DNA of 64,000 nt from Octopus vulgaris (taxonomy: Eukaryota): the NCBI GenBank assembly GCA_951406725.2, contig OX597832.1, positions 54,374,001 to 54,438,000 on the forward strand. Direction: 5' to 3'. Below, piece after piece: positions 48,075 through 61,937 of this stretch; position 1 is the first letter of the stretch; the number at the start of each line of letters is the position of its first letter. A program made the position numbers and the translations under genes. The notes under the pieces were generated by a model. That model had not been told where the DNA came from, did not search any database, and worked only from the letters and a program-made list of their open reading frames with translations.

Positions 48075-48514
48075 TGTGTGTGCATCTCTACAGCACATGC
48101 AAGTGTTAGGCGACAGAAATATTATAACGATCCCTTACATCTTGATTGCTGGAATTTTGAGATCAAGTATTTCCTCTAAAATGACATTACTGTTAGGTTA
48201 GTTAAATCAGACCGGAGTCTGTTGCGGCTCCCTAGCTTGCCAGCCCTGGTCAAACCATCAAACCCATGCCAGCATGGACAACAGACGTTAAATGATCCTT
48301 TTACTTGTTTCAGTCATTTGACTGTCGCCATGCTGGAGCACCGCCTTTAGTCGAACATATTGACCCCAGGACTTATTCTTTATAAACCTAGCACTTATTC
48401 TATCGGCCTCTTTTGCAGAATCGCTAAGTTATGGGGGCGTAAACACACCAGCATCGGTTGTCAAGCGATGTTGGGGGGGACAAACATATACATGCACACA
48501 TACACACACACACA

Positions 48515-48556
<42 letters not shown>

Positions 48557-48675
48557 TACGATGGGATTCTTTCAGTTTCTGTCACCCAAATCCACTCACA
48601 AGGCTTTGGTCAGCCCAAGGCTATAGTAGAAGAAACTTGCCCAAGGTGCCACACAGTGTGACTGAACCCAGAACC

Positions 48676-48763
<88 letters not shown>

Positions 48764-49367
48764 CTTGAGAGTACTGCTTAGCTTTGCTGAGGGCCTGACA
48801 AGCTCTTTAATGTTAGTATCATAACAAAATGCAGTTCCCTGCCCCAGTGTGCCATACCGTACATTGGTTAGTGTTTGAAACATCATGGAGGCATAGAAAC
48901 CCTGCCAAAGGTGACAAGCATGAATGAGAAACGGTTTTACGATCCATCTTGGAGAACAGTAACTTAGAATGAATCTGAGTTGGGCTGCTATGATCCGTCC
49001 AATCCATATCACAGGCAAAACAGACATGTGATGACGACGGCGATGATGATGACGTTGATAAGAACGACGAAGACGTTGATGATTATGATGATGGTGATGA
49101 TGCTGCTGATGATTATGATAACAGCAATGACGATGTTGATGCTTATGTGATGATGATGATGATGATGATGATGGTTATGATAATCGTAATTATGATGACA
49201 ATAATGATAGCAAAGGTGATGATGATGGTGATGAAGATGATGATGATTACGATGATGATGAAGATGATGATGACGCTAAAGATGTTGGGGATGTTGATAC
49301 AATGAGGATGATGATGATGATGATGATGATGGTGATGACAATGATGTATTTTATCTATTGTTGCATA

Positions 49368-49414
<47 letters not shown>

Positions 49415-49589
49415 ATCTGTGTGCATGTATATGTGTGTGTGTGCCTCTCTACATCTCTTGCAAGTGCTTATAACAAACTTACATCTTCGTTCCTGGAATT
49501 TTGAGGTCAAGTATTTCCTCGAAAAACGACATTACTCTTACGTTAGTTAAATAATTTAGCAGGATTTGGTGCCATGGTTGCTGCCAACA

Positions 49590-49858
49590 GCACCACCACC
49601 ACCACTACCACCACCACCACCACCACCACCACCACCACCACCACCACCACCACCACCACCACCACCACCACCACCACCACCACCACCACCACCACTACTA
49701 CCACCATCACCACCACCACTACCACCATCACCATCACCACCACCACCACCACTACCACCACCAAACCACCACCACTACCACCACTACCACCACCACCACT
49801 ACCACCACCAACCCACCACCACCACCACCACCACCACCACCACCACTACCACCACCAG
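49590..49858. repeat. (CAC)n microsatellite
   Basis: Direct inspection. Confidence 0.95.
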
Positions 49859-50049
49859 CAAAACCTGGAGGATAAATCAAAGAAGAAGCAAAAGAACAAT
49901 AAAAACATCATTATTGTTTTAAGAATGGCACTTAAGCTTGGAGTTCCTTTAATAGTGGCACATGAACTGCTGTTGTTGCATCATCATCATCACCATCATC
50001 ACCACCACCACCACCACCACTACCACTACCACTACCATCATCATCATCA

Positions 50050-50166
50050 ACTGGTAGCGCCAGATCCGGTTCCTGTATTTGTTTATCCTTCTCTCCTCTG
50101 TGTTACCAGCCACGAAACCTGGGTTTGCGGCCAATACGGCAAGACTGGTACCAGAGAACGTGTCGC
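50050..50166 (-). mobile_element. Possible CRE-like RLE endonuclease fragment
   Basis: DTFSGTSLAVLAANPGFVAGNTEERRINKY resembles the DT.A.S....A...G.AA..AE.RK..KY pattern; short and decayed. Confidence 0.35.
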
Positions 50167-50390
50167 TTACTTGTTTCAGTCATTTTGACTGCGGCCATGC
50201 TGGAGCACCAGATTTGGTCGAACAAATCGACCCCCCAGGACTTATTCTTTGTAAGCCTAGTACTTATTTTATCAGTCTCTTTTTTGCCGAACCGCTAAGT
50301 TACGGGGACGTAAACACACCAGCATCGGTCGTCAAGCGATGTTGGCGGGGTCAAACAAAGACACACAAACACATACATATGTATATATAT

Positions 50391-50433
<43 letters not shown>

Positions 50434-50592
50434 TATGGTGGGCTTCTTTCAGTTTCCGTCTACCAAATCCACTTACAAGGCTTTGGTCAGCCCGAGGCTA
50501 TAGTAGAAGACACTTACCCAAGGTGCCATGCAGTGAGACTGAACCTGGAACCATGTGGTTGGTAAGCAAGCTACTTACCACACAGCCACTCC
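50167..50592 (-). mobile_element. SINE A, full length
   Basis: Consensus head and tail; further minus-strand copies at 48298-48678, 61305-61680 and 62355-62797. Confidence 0.9.
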
Positions 50593-51056
50593 CAGACTGA
50601 GGATCTGCTTCCTTCACACAAGAAGAGGGTTATGACTTCAAGGTGCTAGCAATTTCTGTGGTCGAGAAGACCTACTGGCTCCAGTTGAGGCAAGAAGTGG
50701 CGTTGAAGTTTCTGGTTTTACAACTTTTGACATTAGAAATAAATACATGTGACTTATTCTGTTTAAATTCTTCTGTATTGAGATTACTCTGTAGAATGTA
50801 ATGCTTATTTATTCACATTGTTTTGAATTAATCATGCATTATCTTGCAGTTTTGAGATTTCAATAATGTGACAGATTATTTTCAAAATGACGAATGGCAA
50901 TGTAGGGTAGGTGTGAAAGGTTGGATCTGGCCAATTTGAACATAAAACAGGTAGAATGGATATGGCCAGTTGAAAAGCTAAAGAATTTGGAATAAGTTTG
51001 GATTCTATCAGGAAGACTTTGAGAATAGAAGCTGGATGGTACGGAATGGGAAACTG

Positions 51057-51087
<31 letters not shown>

Positions 51088-51264
51088 GACAGAAAGAGTG
51101 AGAGACAGAGAGGAAGAGAGTAACTGTTTAGTTCAAGAAGACCTAAGATCAAAAATATTCTAACCAGGTTCAGTTCTATATTTTTCAATGTGTCCTTCCT
51201 TTTTCAAGACAATAAAACGTGATTTGATGAGGATTCAACAGCTATTTCTAGTAGTGGAGTATCC

Positions 51265-52075
51265 TTCCTTCAATACTGGCATTGACCATGCTTGAATGGT
51301 ACTTTTTACATGCCACCGGCCAGTCAAATGGCACTGGCAATGAACTCACTTGAATGGTGCTTTTTATGTGCCACTGGCACAGACCATGTTCGTAAGGTGG
51401 CAACCACAGGAGCCAGTCCGGTGGGACTGGCATTGACCATGCTCGAATGGTGCTCTTTATGTGCCACCAGCACAGGTGCCAGTCAGGTGGTACTGGCATC
51501 GGCCACGACAATGATTTCACTTGACTCTACAGGTCTTCTCAAGCACAGTTTATTGCCCAGTGATTGAAGGATACTCTCAAATGGGCCAGTTATGCTACAC
51601 TGGCATAGGCCACTGTTACAGTCTCACTTGGCTTGCTGGGTCTTCTCAAGCACAGCTATCTCTGAAGGTCTTGGTCGCTTGTCACTGCTTCCGTGAGGTC
51701 CAGTGTTCAAAGGTCATGCTTCACCACCTCATTCCAGGTCTTCCTGGGCCTACCTCTTCCACAGGTTCCCTCCACTGTGTGACACTTCTTCACACTGCTG
51801 TCCTCATCCATATGCAACGCATGACCATACTAGCACAGTTGTCTCTCTCATACACCACATCTGATGCTTCTTATGTCCAAATTTTCTCTCAGGGTGCTTA
51901 CACTCTGTCGTATATGCACACTGACATTACACATCCAGCAGAGCATACTAGCTTCATTCCTTGCAAGATTACACATGTCCTCAGCAGTCACAGCCCATGT
52001 TTCACTGCTGTGTAGCATGGTTGTTTGCACTCATGCGTCATACAGTCTACCTTTCACTCTGAGCGGGAGGCCCAT
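51265..52075 (-). mobile_element. RTE-clade LINE 3' part: ORF C-terminus plus repeat-built 3'UTR
   Basis: LHSSETWAVT..ARNEASMLCWMCNVS...YGH..VEGTCGRGRPRKTWNEVV followed by family D units. Confidence 0.85.
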
Positions 52076-52108
52076 ACATATATGTATGTCTATGTATATA
52101 TGTATGTA

Positions 52109-52176
<68 letters not shown>

Positions 52177-52303
52177 ACTATATATATATATATATAAAAC
52201 CCATGACATCAGGAATGCAAATTTCTTGATCTCTTATCTTGGTTGTGGTCATGCTGGGGCACTGAATTGAAGAATTTTAAGTTGAATGTATCGACCCCCA
52301 ATG

Positions 52304-52359
<56 letters not shown>

Positions 52360-53441
52360 ATAAATGTATGTATATATATGTACGAATATATAAATGTATA
52401 TATATGAATGCTCAAAATGAGGAGTAGATAGACAGCCAACAGCTGACAAAGGGTCTTTTCTCTGTGTTTACTTGTCCTATTTTTCAATGTACATGGAAAA
52501 ATACAGAGATTAAGAATATGGTAAACATTTTTTTAAAATCTCAAATTTACCATGAAAAACTCCAGGTAAATTTTTAGATTAACACTCGCACGAGTTTCAC
52601 TAAGAAAAAAAATCAGATTTTTGCATGGAATCAACTACCCTGGCCCCCTAATATGCTACAAAACCATTTTTGGGGTTCGAAAATGGGGTGGTGTGTGGTG
52701 GAAGCCTCGGAAATTTCACTCTCATACCCATTGGTATTTTCATTATCTATTTTTCAATGTACTTGAAAAAATACGGAGATTAAGAATATGGAAAACATTT
52801 TTTAAAATCTCAAATTTACCATGAAAAGCTGCAGGTAAATTTTTAAATTAACACTCATATGATTTTCAGGGGAAAAAGTCAACATTGAAGAAGTTGGGGG
52901 AGAAAAGTTTCACAATACCGATTTTTGGCAATTTTCTGAAACCTCTGTATCCGAAAAAGGGGATTTTTGGTAAAAAACTTTTTTTAAATAAACAAATTTG
53001 GGAGAAAATGTGTGTGTGTGTGTGTGTAGGGGGGTGATGAGCAGAAGTCATTCCAAACATATACACAATGTGTGTGTATGTGTGTGTTTGTGTTTGTCTG
53101 CCACTACTGCTTGACAACCAGTGTTGGTTTGTTGACATCCGTGTTACTTAGTGGTTTGGTAAAAGCAACCGATAGAGTAAGCACCAGGCTTAAAAAAAAA
53201 AAAAAAAGCATTGGGGGTCGATACATTCAACTAAAAAAATTCTTCAAGACAGTGCCCCAGCATGACCACAACCAAGATAAGAGATCAAGAAATTTGCGTT
53301 CCTGGTGTCATGGGTTTTGTTCAGGAAGTGGCATTCAGAGATATATTCCCCGACTGTTTGCTTTTGTTAATGGTAAACAGAAATTAGAACTAAAATTAAA
53401 CAGAGAAAACTTAATCAATGCTAACTCTGCTCCACTTCTAT

Positions 53442-53513
<72 letters not shown>

Positions 53514-53631
53514 CAAACAAATGTTTATATTTATATACAAATACATACAGACACACAGACATGTCTTTGTTTAAGGTTATAAAGCCAAAATAAAAGAATA
53601 AAAAGCTGTAATTATTTGAGTACATAAAGTG

Positions 53632-54325
53632 TATAAGAGAGAAAGAGAGATGGACAGACAGACAGACAGCTGAAAAAGTGAATAGACAGGCTGAGAGAGA
53701 GGGAGGGAGAGAGAGAAAGAGAGAGAGAGAGAAAGAGAGAGATATAAAGAGAGAGAGAGGGAAAGAGAGAAAGAGAGAGAAGGTGAGAGATAGAAAGAGA
53801 CAAAAGAAGAAAGAGAGACAGACATAGAGGGATATAGAGAGACAGGTATAGAGGGATACAGAGAAAGAGACAAAAGGAGAGAGAGGAGGTGAGAGATAGA
53901 AAGAGACAGACACAGAAGGATTAAGAGAGAAAGAGACAAAAGGGGAAAGAGAGAGAGAGCGAGACATAGAGGGATAAAGAGAGAAAGAGAAAAAAGGAGA
54001 GAGAGGGTGAGAGAGGGAAAGGGAGAAAGAGACAAAAGGAGAGAAAGTGGAAGGATGAGAGAGGGAAAGAGACAGACATATAGGGATAAAGAGAGAAAGA
54101 GACAAATGGAGAGAGAGAGGAAGGGTGAGAGAGGGAAAGAGAGACAGACATATAGGAATAAAGAGAGAAAGAGACAAAGATGACAAAGAGAGGGTGAGAG
54201 AGGGAAAGAGAGAAAGACAAAAGGAGAGAAAGAGGAAAGGTGAGAGGGAAAGAGAGACAGACATATATATATATATAGAGAGAGAGAGAGACAGAGAGAC
54301 AGACAGACGGACTGACAGACTGAGA
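53632..54325. repeat. ~700-bp GA-rich polypurine tract
   Basis: Direct inspection. Confidence 0.9.
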
Positions 54326-55280
54326 GGTAGGGTGTTATAGTTGTTTAGAAAACAAAATAAATAAAATTAGCAAAAGTAGTGTCCAAAATGTAAATGTGAA
54401 TGAATTTTCCATGGAAATTAAACATGTATCAGTCACAGGTCTGATGTAATAACAGGGTTAAGGAGGAGGAGGAGGAGAGAGAGAGAGGGGAGAGGAGGAG
54501 GGAATGATAGGTCTTGTGGTAGAGAAACCAATGTACTATTAACAGATCAGAAAGTAACAGAAAAAACAGAAAAGGTTGACATTTCTGGTGTTGTGTAGTT
54601 CCTCAAACCTGATGCCACCTATTTCTTTACTACCCACAAGGGGCTAAACACAGAGAGGAAAAACAAAGACAGACAAACGGATTAAGTCGATTATAGCAAC
54701 CCCAGTGCGTAACTGGTACTTTCTTTATCGACCCCGAAAGGATGAAAGGCAAAGTCGACCTCGGCGAGTTTGAACTCAGAACGTAACCGCAGACGAAATA
54801 CGGCTACGCATTTCGCCCGGCGTGCTAACGGTTCTGCCAGCTCGCCACCTGATTGAGCAGATCTTATATCAAAGATACTGCTGTCATCACCAAATATTTA
54901 TTTATTTATTTATTTCCTTCAGATATTGCAAGAACGGCTGTGTGGTAAGAAATTTGCTTCCAAGCCACATGGTTCTGGGTTCAGTCCCACTGCATGGCAC
55001 CTTAGGCAAGAGTCTTCTACAATAGACCCAGGCTCGACCAAACTCTTGTCAGGGGATCTGGCAGACAGAAACTGAAAAATGCCTGTTGTATGTGTGTATG
55101 TGGGTGTGTGTGTATATAAATATATACAGGAGTGGCTGTGTGGTAAGAAGCTTGCTTTCCAGCCAGATGGTTCCGGGCTCAGTCCCATGCGTAGCATCTT
55201 GGGCAAGTGTCTTCTACTATAGCTCTTCAGGTTGACCAAAGCCTTGTGAGTGGATTTGATAGACAGAAACTGAAAGAAGC

Positions 55281-55328
<48 letters not shown>

Positions 55329-55333
55329 CATAT

Positions 55334-55372
<39 letters not shown>

Positions 55373-55433
55373 TATATACATATATATATACATACATACA
55401 TATATATATAGACATATATACATATATATATAC

Positions 55434-55498
<65 letters not shown>

Positions 55499-55502
55499 TA
55501 TA

Positions 55503-57568
55503 CTAGCTGAAGGTGACCCGCTCTATGCGCGGGTAAGAGTGTGGTTGTTACTTTCTGTTGCTTCCTTTCAGCATGTAAAAAGCACCATCCGAACGTGGCC
55601 GATTGCAGCGCCGCCTTGACTTGCTTCTGTGCCGGTGGCACGTAAAAAGCACCAACCGATCGTTGCCGCTGCGAGCCTCCCTGGCACCTGTGCCGGCGGC
55701 ACGAAAAAAGCACCCACTACACTCACAGAGTGGTTGGCGTTAGGAAGGTCATCCACCTGTAGAAACACTGCCAGATCAGACTGGAGCCTGGTGCAGCCTC
55801 CTGGCTTCCCAGACCCTGGTCACACTGTCCAACCCATGCTAGCACTGAAAACGGACGTTAAACGATGATGATGATGATGATTCCCCGTCTTTGTTTCTCT
55901 CTCCTTTCTCTCTCACTTTCCCACCCTCTTACTTTTCTTTTCTCTCGGACTCTCCCTCGCTTTCTCTTACTCTCTATCTTTATCTATCTCTCTCCCATTT
56001 ATAAACAACAGAAGATCTTGAGTAAGTTGAGAAATAAAATATTTAGAAAGATCAATCATAAATATCAGGCAGTGGCAACGGAAAGGTCTGCTTCAAGGCA
56101 GACAGCAAAACGCTAACATTTAAAAGGGACAGACGAACTTGCGAGCTGAATAAAAATAATAAAATATTGGAAACCAAAGTTTGAAGGGATAGAATCTGAG
56201 GATAGTAGAGTCACCATGGCTGGCATTTCTTAACGACGAACAGCAACGTATTGACAGTTTAACGGCTGGCGTAAAATTTTGAACTTGATGTAAAAGAAAA
56301 TTCGTAAACACCAAGTTTTGAAGTGATTCTTTCTCACGACAGTAGACTCACCATGGCAAGCATTCAAAACTTCTTTATCATGGACGGCAACACATTGACG
56401 ATTAAAAGGCTGGCGCAAAATTTTTAGCTTGATGTAACAGAGAATTCCTAAACACCCGCTCCTTTAAATTTTAATCCCCTTCCAGCCCCATTTAGACCCC
56501 TTTTCACATTTTGGTTAATATAACCCGATTTCATTCGGGTCTACTGGGGCCACATTTTATAAGATGAGGAATTTTGTCCTAGAGGTGATGCCTTTCATTT
56601 GAGGAAAAAAATAGTTGCCATGCAAACTTGCCAGCACTTTTAACATAGGTGTGCATATTTTCAGCTGAATCGACCGACTACGTAATGCACACATTATATA
56701 TATATATATGTGTGTGTGTGTGCACGCATTATATATACAAATGTATACAAATGAGATATATTTCTGTATAAATTAAATTAGAGATAAAACACTAATAGGC
56801 AAATCAAACAGTGAAAAACCAAAAACAAAAACCAAAAAAAAAAATATAATATAGAAAATATATAAAATATAAAATTGAAAAATTTAAATTATTTAAATTG
56901 AAAATAAAAATTATTAAATTATATTTATAATTTGTTTAAAAATATATATAACTATGAAAAAGTATGAAAAAGTTTAATATACATAAATACAGATATATAC
57001 ACTTTGTATATATACATTATATATACATATTTATATATAGAACACACACACACACACACATACATAATATATACATATTTATATATAGAACACACACACA
57101 CACACACATACATAATATATACATATTTATATATAGAACACACACACACACACACACATATAAATGAACGCAAGAATATCTGATTCATAATATTTGTTCT
57201 CATGCTCGTGTGTTGTTGGTGACAGACAGATACTTAAAAGAACGCTGCCGAAGTGATGGGAAGGTAGGAAACAGAGTCAGTGAAAAAGAGAGGAAATAGC
57301 GAGAGTGACAGATACTTTAAATAACGGTAGTGGACTTCTCAAAGTTATAAATGAAGGGGAGTAAGAGAGGGAAAGGAGGAAATAGTGTGAGTGAGGAAGA
57401 TGGCCCCTAGCAACCACACCTTTTAAGATAGGGATTTCTAAGGTAGCCCACGAGCATCGTCACCTCATTCTACATGTCCCTGTAAATTTTGGAGCGAATC
57501 GGACAGGACGTAGTGGCATTGAAAGCGATCCAAGCGGTAAAAATGTATTTCAGTTTTATATATAGAGA
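55503..57568 (-). mobile_element. Helitron-like element(s) with nested insertions (family D at 55570-55880, microsatellites)
   Basis: 5' A|TCTCTATATATAAAA at 57568; 3' hairpin acccgc..gcgggt then CTAG|T at 55503; ~140-bp internal tandem duplication at 56175-56455. May be two separate elements. Confidence 0.55.
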
Positions 57569-57597
57569 TATCATCATCATCATCGTGCTGGTGGCAC

Positions 57598-57644
<47 letters not shown>

Positions 57645-58549
57645 ATGTATGTGAACTTTTTTCTTCTGTCATAATGTTTCATAATTAAGACAGAAGTGTC
57701 TTATTCTCTTCAGCTGTTTGTCAGCCACCACAGTTAGTGATTTGACCAACACTTACTCATGTACTTTGTACTGTTGGTTTTAAAAAAAAATACTAATAAC
57801 ATTCTACAAACAGGAACTGGATTATATTTCATTCAATGGTTCATGCTGCTCATTAAAAATAATGTACAGATCTTAGTTCAGTTTTTGGATAAACTCAATT
57901 TATTAAAATGGAACGCTATTTACACAATATAAAATGTCATATTTTCAAAGCCTTTTGTATTAAAAAAAATAAAATCTTTGGATTTGAAAAATTATAAGTC
58001 TGTTACACATTCCAATCTGTTTTGTTTCACTCAAAATTAATAGAAGTTAGTCTGGTCTATTACCATAATGATAGAATTTTGTCTGTCTTTTGGAGGTTAC
58101 ATCTCAAAACATCAGTAAATTGTAGTGATAACTGTGAAGTTAATGCAAAAGGCGCTATCCAAACTTTAAACTGGTATGATTATCTTCTGGAAGGAAATCT
58201 GAATATAGCATTCAGTTTACTTTGTCAAATTAAATACTTACATATTCATATTTCATAAAATTAATCCTGTATTATCTTGGAGTAAAGATTTTTGCCAACA
58301 TAACATGATAGTCCTGTTTAGAATGAATGTTGCTGAAATTTAGCCCCAGGAAACATCGTCTCCAGCTGGCTATACAACACGATCTGTGTCCTTAGATTTT
58401 CGAACAAGGGAATCTGGCACTCCCACTCAGCTCAAATATAAGAACACAGATCCTGCGACCCACTGAGCCATGCACCTTCCTCTGTGTGTGTGTGTATATG
58501 TATGTATATATATATATATGTATATATATGTGTATATGTGTATATGTCA

Positions 58550-59070
58550 GGTCACTTTCGAGTGCTACTGGTAACATGTATCCCAGTACAACCTGTTGCA
58601 TGGTCGGGTCATTGGTGACTAAACCGGCAACCCCACCAAGCTTGTTTATTGGACACCCTGTGGGATGAAAAACAAAACCTGTCAAAGGGCAGAGGAACTC
58701 TTGAGAGTCAATGGCCATCCAATAAATGCCTTAAGGCTGTATCATGCGCAGGGACATAGAAATAATCGGATTGAATACCCGATCCATTGAGAGTGAAGGA
58801 CTCCTAGCCTTTGTTAGGGCATCCTTCTAGGAGAAGGTAACTCAGGAAACTGGGATAACTCCGACATAAAACCTGCGGCTCAGTGGTTACCGATGATGTT
58901 GACTTGTTCTTCTTTTCGGATTATGGCTGATGTTGCTTAGTGAGTGAGATTGACTCAGTGCACAGCCTTTCCTCACTTTAAAAAAAATCTTCTTGCACAG
59001 GCATTGCACAATAACAACATTGATTAAGCTTCGTGCAATGGCCATACTCGATAATGAGGGGGCAGCCACC
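58550..59070 (+). mobile_element. Non-autonomous element resembling an RTE-type 5'UTR
   Basis: Motifs ggcaaccccacc and gggcatccttctaggagaaggtaactc resemble RTE 5'UTR blocks; flanked by (TA/TG)n. Confidence 0.45.
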
Positions 59071-59299
59071 ATATATATGTGTATATATATGTGTATATAT
59101 ATGTGTGTGTGTGAATATATATTTGTATGTATATCTGTGTGTGTGTGTGTGTGTGTGTGTGTATGAATCTCACATGATCAAACAAACTACCAGATGTTAT
59201 ACATCGCTGGTCACAATGCTCTTTGCTTCATTCTAGCTTCTGGTGATTTGCCTATACAGTTAAGTACTATATAGGTGTGAAACCAATGGTCAATCTATG

Positions 59300-60025
59300 A
59301 CTGGCCCAAACTTTGGGCCTCATGGAAGCAGGGACAAGCGAATGAGACATTTGGTGATATGCCATGCTTGAGAAGACCAGTCAAGCCAAGTGGAATCATA
59401 GTCATGGCTGATACTAGTGTTATGTAAGTGGCACCTGTGCCAGTGGCACGTAAAAAACACCATTCAACCAGTCAAACCAAATGAAATTGTAGTCATGGTT
59501 GATGTCAGTGTTGCATAAATGGCACCCGTGTCATGGTCGATGTCAGTGTTGCATAAATGGCACATAAAATGCACTGTTTGATCTGTCAAGCCAAGTGAAA
59601 TCATAGTTGTAGTCAATGCCAGTGTCGCATAACTGGTACCCGTACCGGTGGCAGGTACAAAACACTGTTCAAATATTGGTCCTCATGGAGACAGTGATAA
59701 GTGACTAAGCCCCTTGGCAATATGCTGTGCTTGAGAAAAACACTCATCAAGGCAACTGAGATCATAGCCAGGGCCAATGTCGGTGTTATATAACTGGCAC
59801 CTGTGCCAGAGACACGTAAAAAGCATCTACTACACTCTTGGAGTGGTTGGCATTAGAAAGGGCATCTAGTGGTAGAAACCTTGCCAGATCAGATTGGTAA
59901 CTGGTGCAGCTCTCTAGCTTGCCAGTTTTCAGTTAAACCATCCAACCCATGCCAGCATGGAAAAATGAACTTTAAATGGTGATGATGATAATGATGACAA
60001 TGATGATGATGATGATGATGATGAT
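59300..60025 (+). mobile_element. RTE 3'-end mosaic (family D) ending in (GAT)n
   Basis: Repeated gcttgagaagacc..caagccaagtg and gtggcacgtaaaaa units, terminal aacccatgccagcatgg. Confidence 0.75.
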
Positions 60026-60329
60026 TAACAGATGAGATCCAGAGGTGCTCAATATAGAAAACACTTGGTAGCTCTCAAATTATTTGAACTTACGCTTCAA
60101 AATCTTTACTATGGACTAAGTCTTTGAGGTAAAGAGTGGGTATAAGAGGAATCCAGGTGAGCTGATATCTGTTTTACTCAAGGACACACCATTTCAGAGC
60201 CTTTCGGTGACATACACTCATTAACTCTCATTTATATGGCAGATATATCTGTACTAGATAACATCTGGTAACCGATACCTGCAGAGCAGCTTTGGAAAAC
60301 ATGCAATAAAGTTATTATCTAGATAATGT

Positions 60330-60620
60330 AAATACACACACACCCACACACATATATGTGTGTGTATATATATATATAATATATATATATATATACATAA
60401 TATATATATATATAATATATATATAATATATATATATAATATATATATACAATATATATATACATAATATATGCATACATAATATATATATACATAATAT
60501 ATATATACATAATATATATATACATAATATATATATACATAATATATATACATAATATATATACATAATATATATATACATAATATATATATAGAATATA
60601 TATATGTGTGTGTATGTGTG

Positions 60621-60651
<31 letters not shown>

Positions 60652-60710
60652 ATATGTGTATGTATATATATATCTGTGTGTGTGTGTGTGTATTGTGTAT
60701 GTATGTATGC
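60330..60710. repeat. AT-rich micro/minisatellite (acataatatatatat)n
   Basis: Direct inspection. Confidence 0.9.
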
Positions 60711-60795
60711 TAGAGAATATAGATTTACAGACGTCTAGACAATATTGTATATACACAGGCAAGATGTAAACACCATGTCAGTATTTACATATGCA

Positions 60796-60843
<48 letters not shown>

Positions 60844-61680
60844 CATACATGCACACATGTGCAATCAATAATCAAGGATATAATAATAGATAATAATGGA
60901 GGTAGTTTAACAGGTTTAAGGTAAAAAAAACACATCAAGTGGAGAGGGAGAAAGACAGAGGAGTGTAAACAATGAGAGAGGGCAGGAGGAGATAATAGAG
61001 GGGGGGAGATAGTAGAGTGAAGACAGCTGCGTGGGTGGAGGTGAGTGAAGGCAGAGGGATGGGGGAGTGAGGATGAAGAAGAATGGAGAGCAAAGAGTGA
61101 ATAGTGAGAAATGTAGGAGAGAGAGAGAGAGAGAAAAGTAAACAGAAGGGAGATACGTACACACACATAGATACACATACATAAACACACACACACATAT
61201 ATATATACATATACACACATATATACAAACACATTTATACATATATATATTTATACACATTTATACATATATACAGACATTTATACATATATACACTTTT
61301 TAATTTGTTTCAGGCATTTGACTGTGGCCATGCTGGAGTACTGCCTTTGGTCAAGCAAATCAACCCCAGGACTTATTCTTTGTAAGCCTAGTACTTATTC
61401 TATCGGTCTCTTTTGCTGAACCACTAAGTTACAGGGACGTAAACACACCAGCATTGGTTGTCAAGCGATGTTTGGGGGACAAACACAGACACACAAACAT
61501 ATATACACACATATATACGACGAGCTTCTTTCAGTTTCCGTCTACCAAATCCACTCACAAGGCTTTAGTCAGCCCAAGGTTATAGTAGAAGACACTTGCC
61601 CAAGGTGCCATGCAGTGGGACTGAACCCGGAACCATGTGGTTGGTAAGCAAGCTACTTACCACACAGCCACTCCTATGCC

Positions 61681-61718
<38 letters not shown>

Positions 61719-61727
61719 CACATTTAT

Positions 61728-61758
<31 letters not shown>

Positions 61759-61873
61759 CCATCACCATCACATGACCGACCAGTCCATCAGATGTAGTTA
61801 CACATCGCTGGTCACAATGCGTTCGCATTGTTTTAGCCTTCGAATGACGCCACCCCGCTGGCTAGGCGAGCAG

Positions 61874-61937
<64 letters not shown>

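Noticed and set aside
49543-50188. Poly-Pro/Thr/His ORFs
   Set aside because: (CAC)n microsatellite read-through.
53335-54264. 309-aa Ser/Leu-rich ORF
   Set aside because: Reverse strand of the GA-rich tract.
60195-60235. Possible decayed hammerhead on the minus strand (UUAAUGA-GUG..CAC-CGAAA)
   Set aside because: Two core mismatches and no convincing stem I or III; cannot be supported from one copy.
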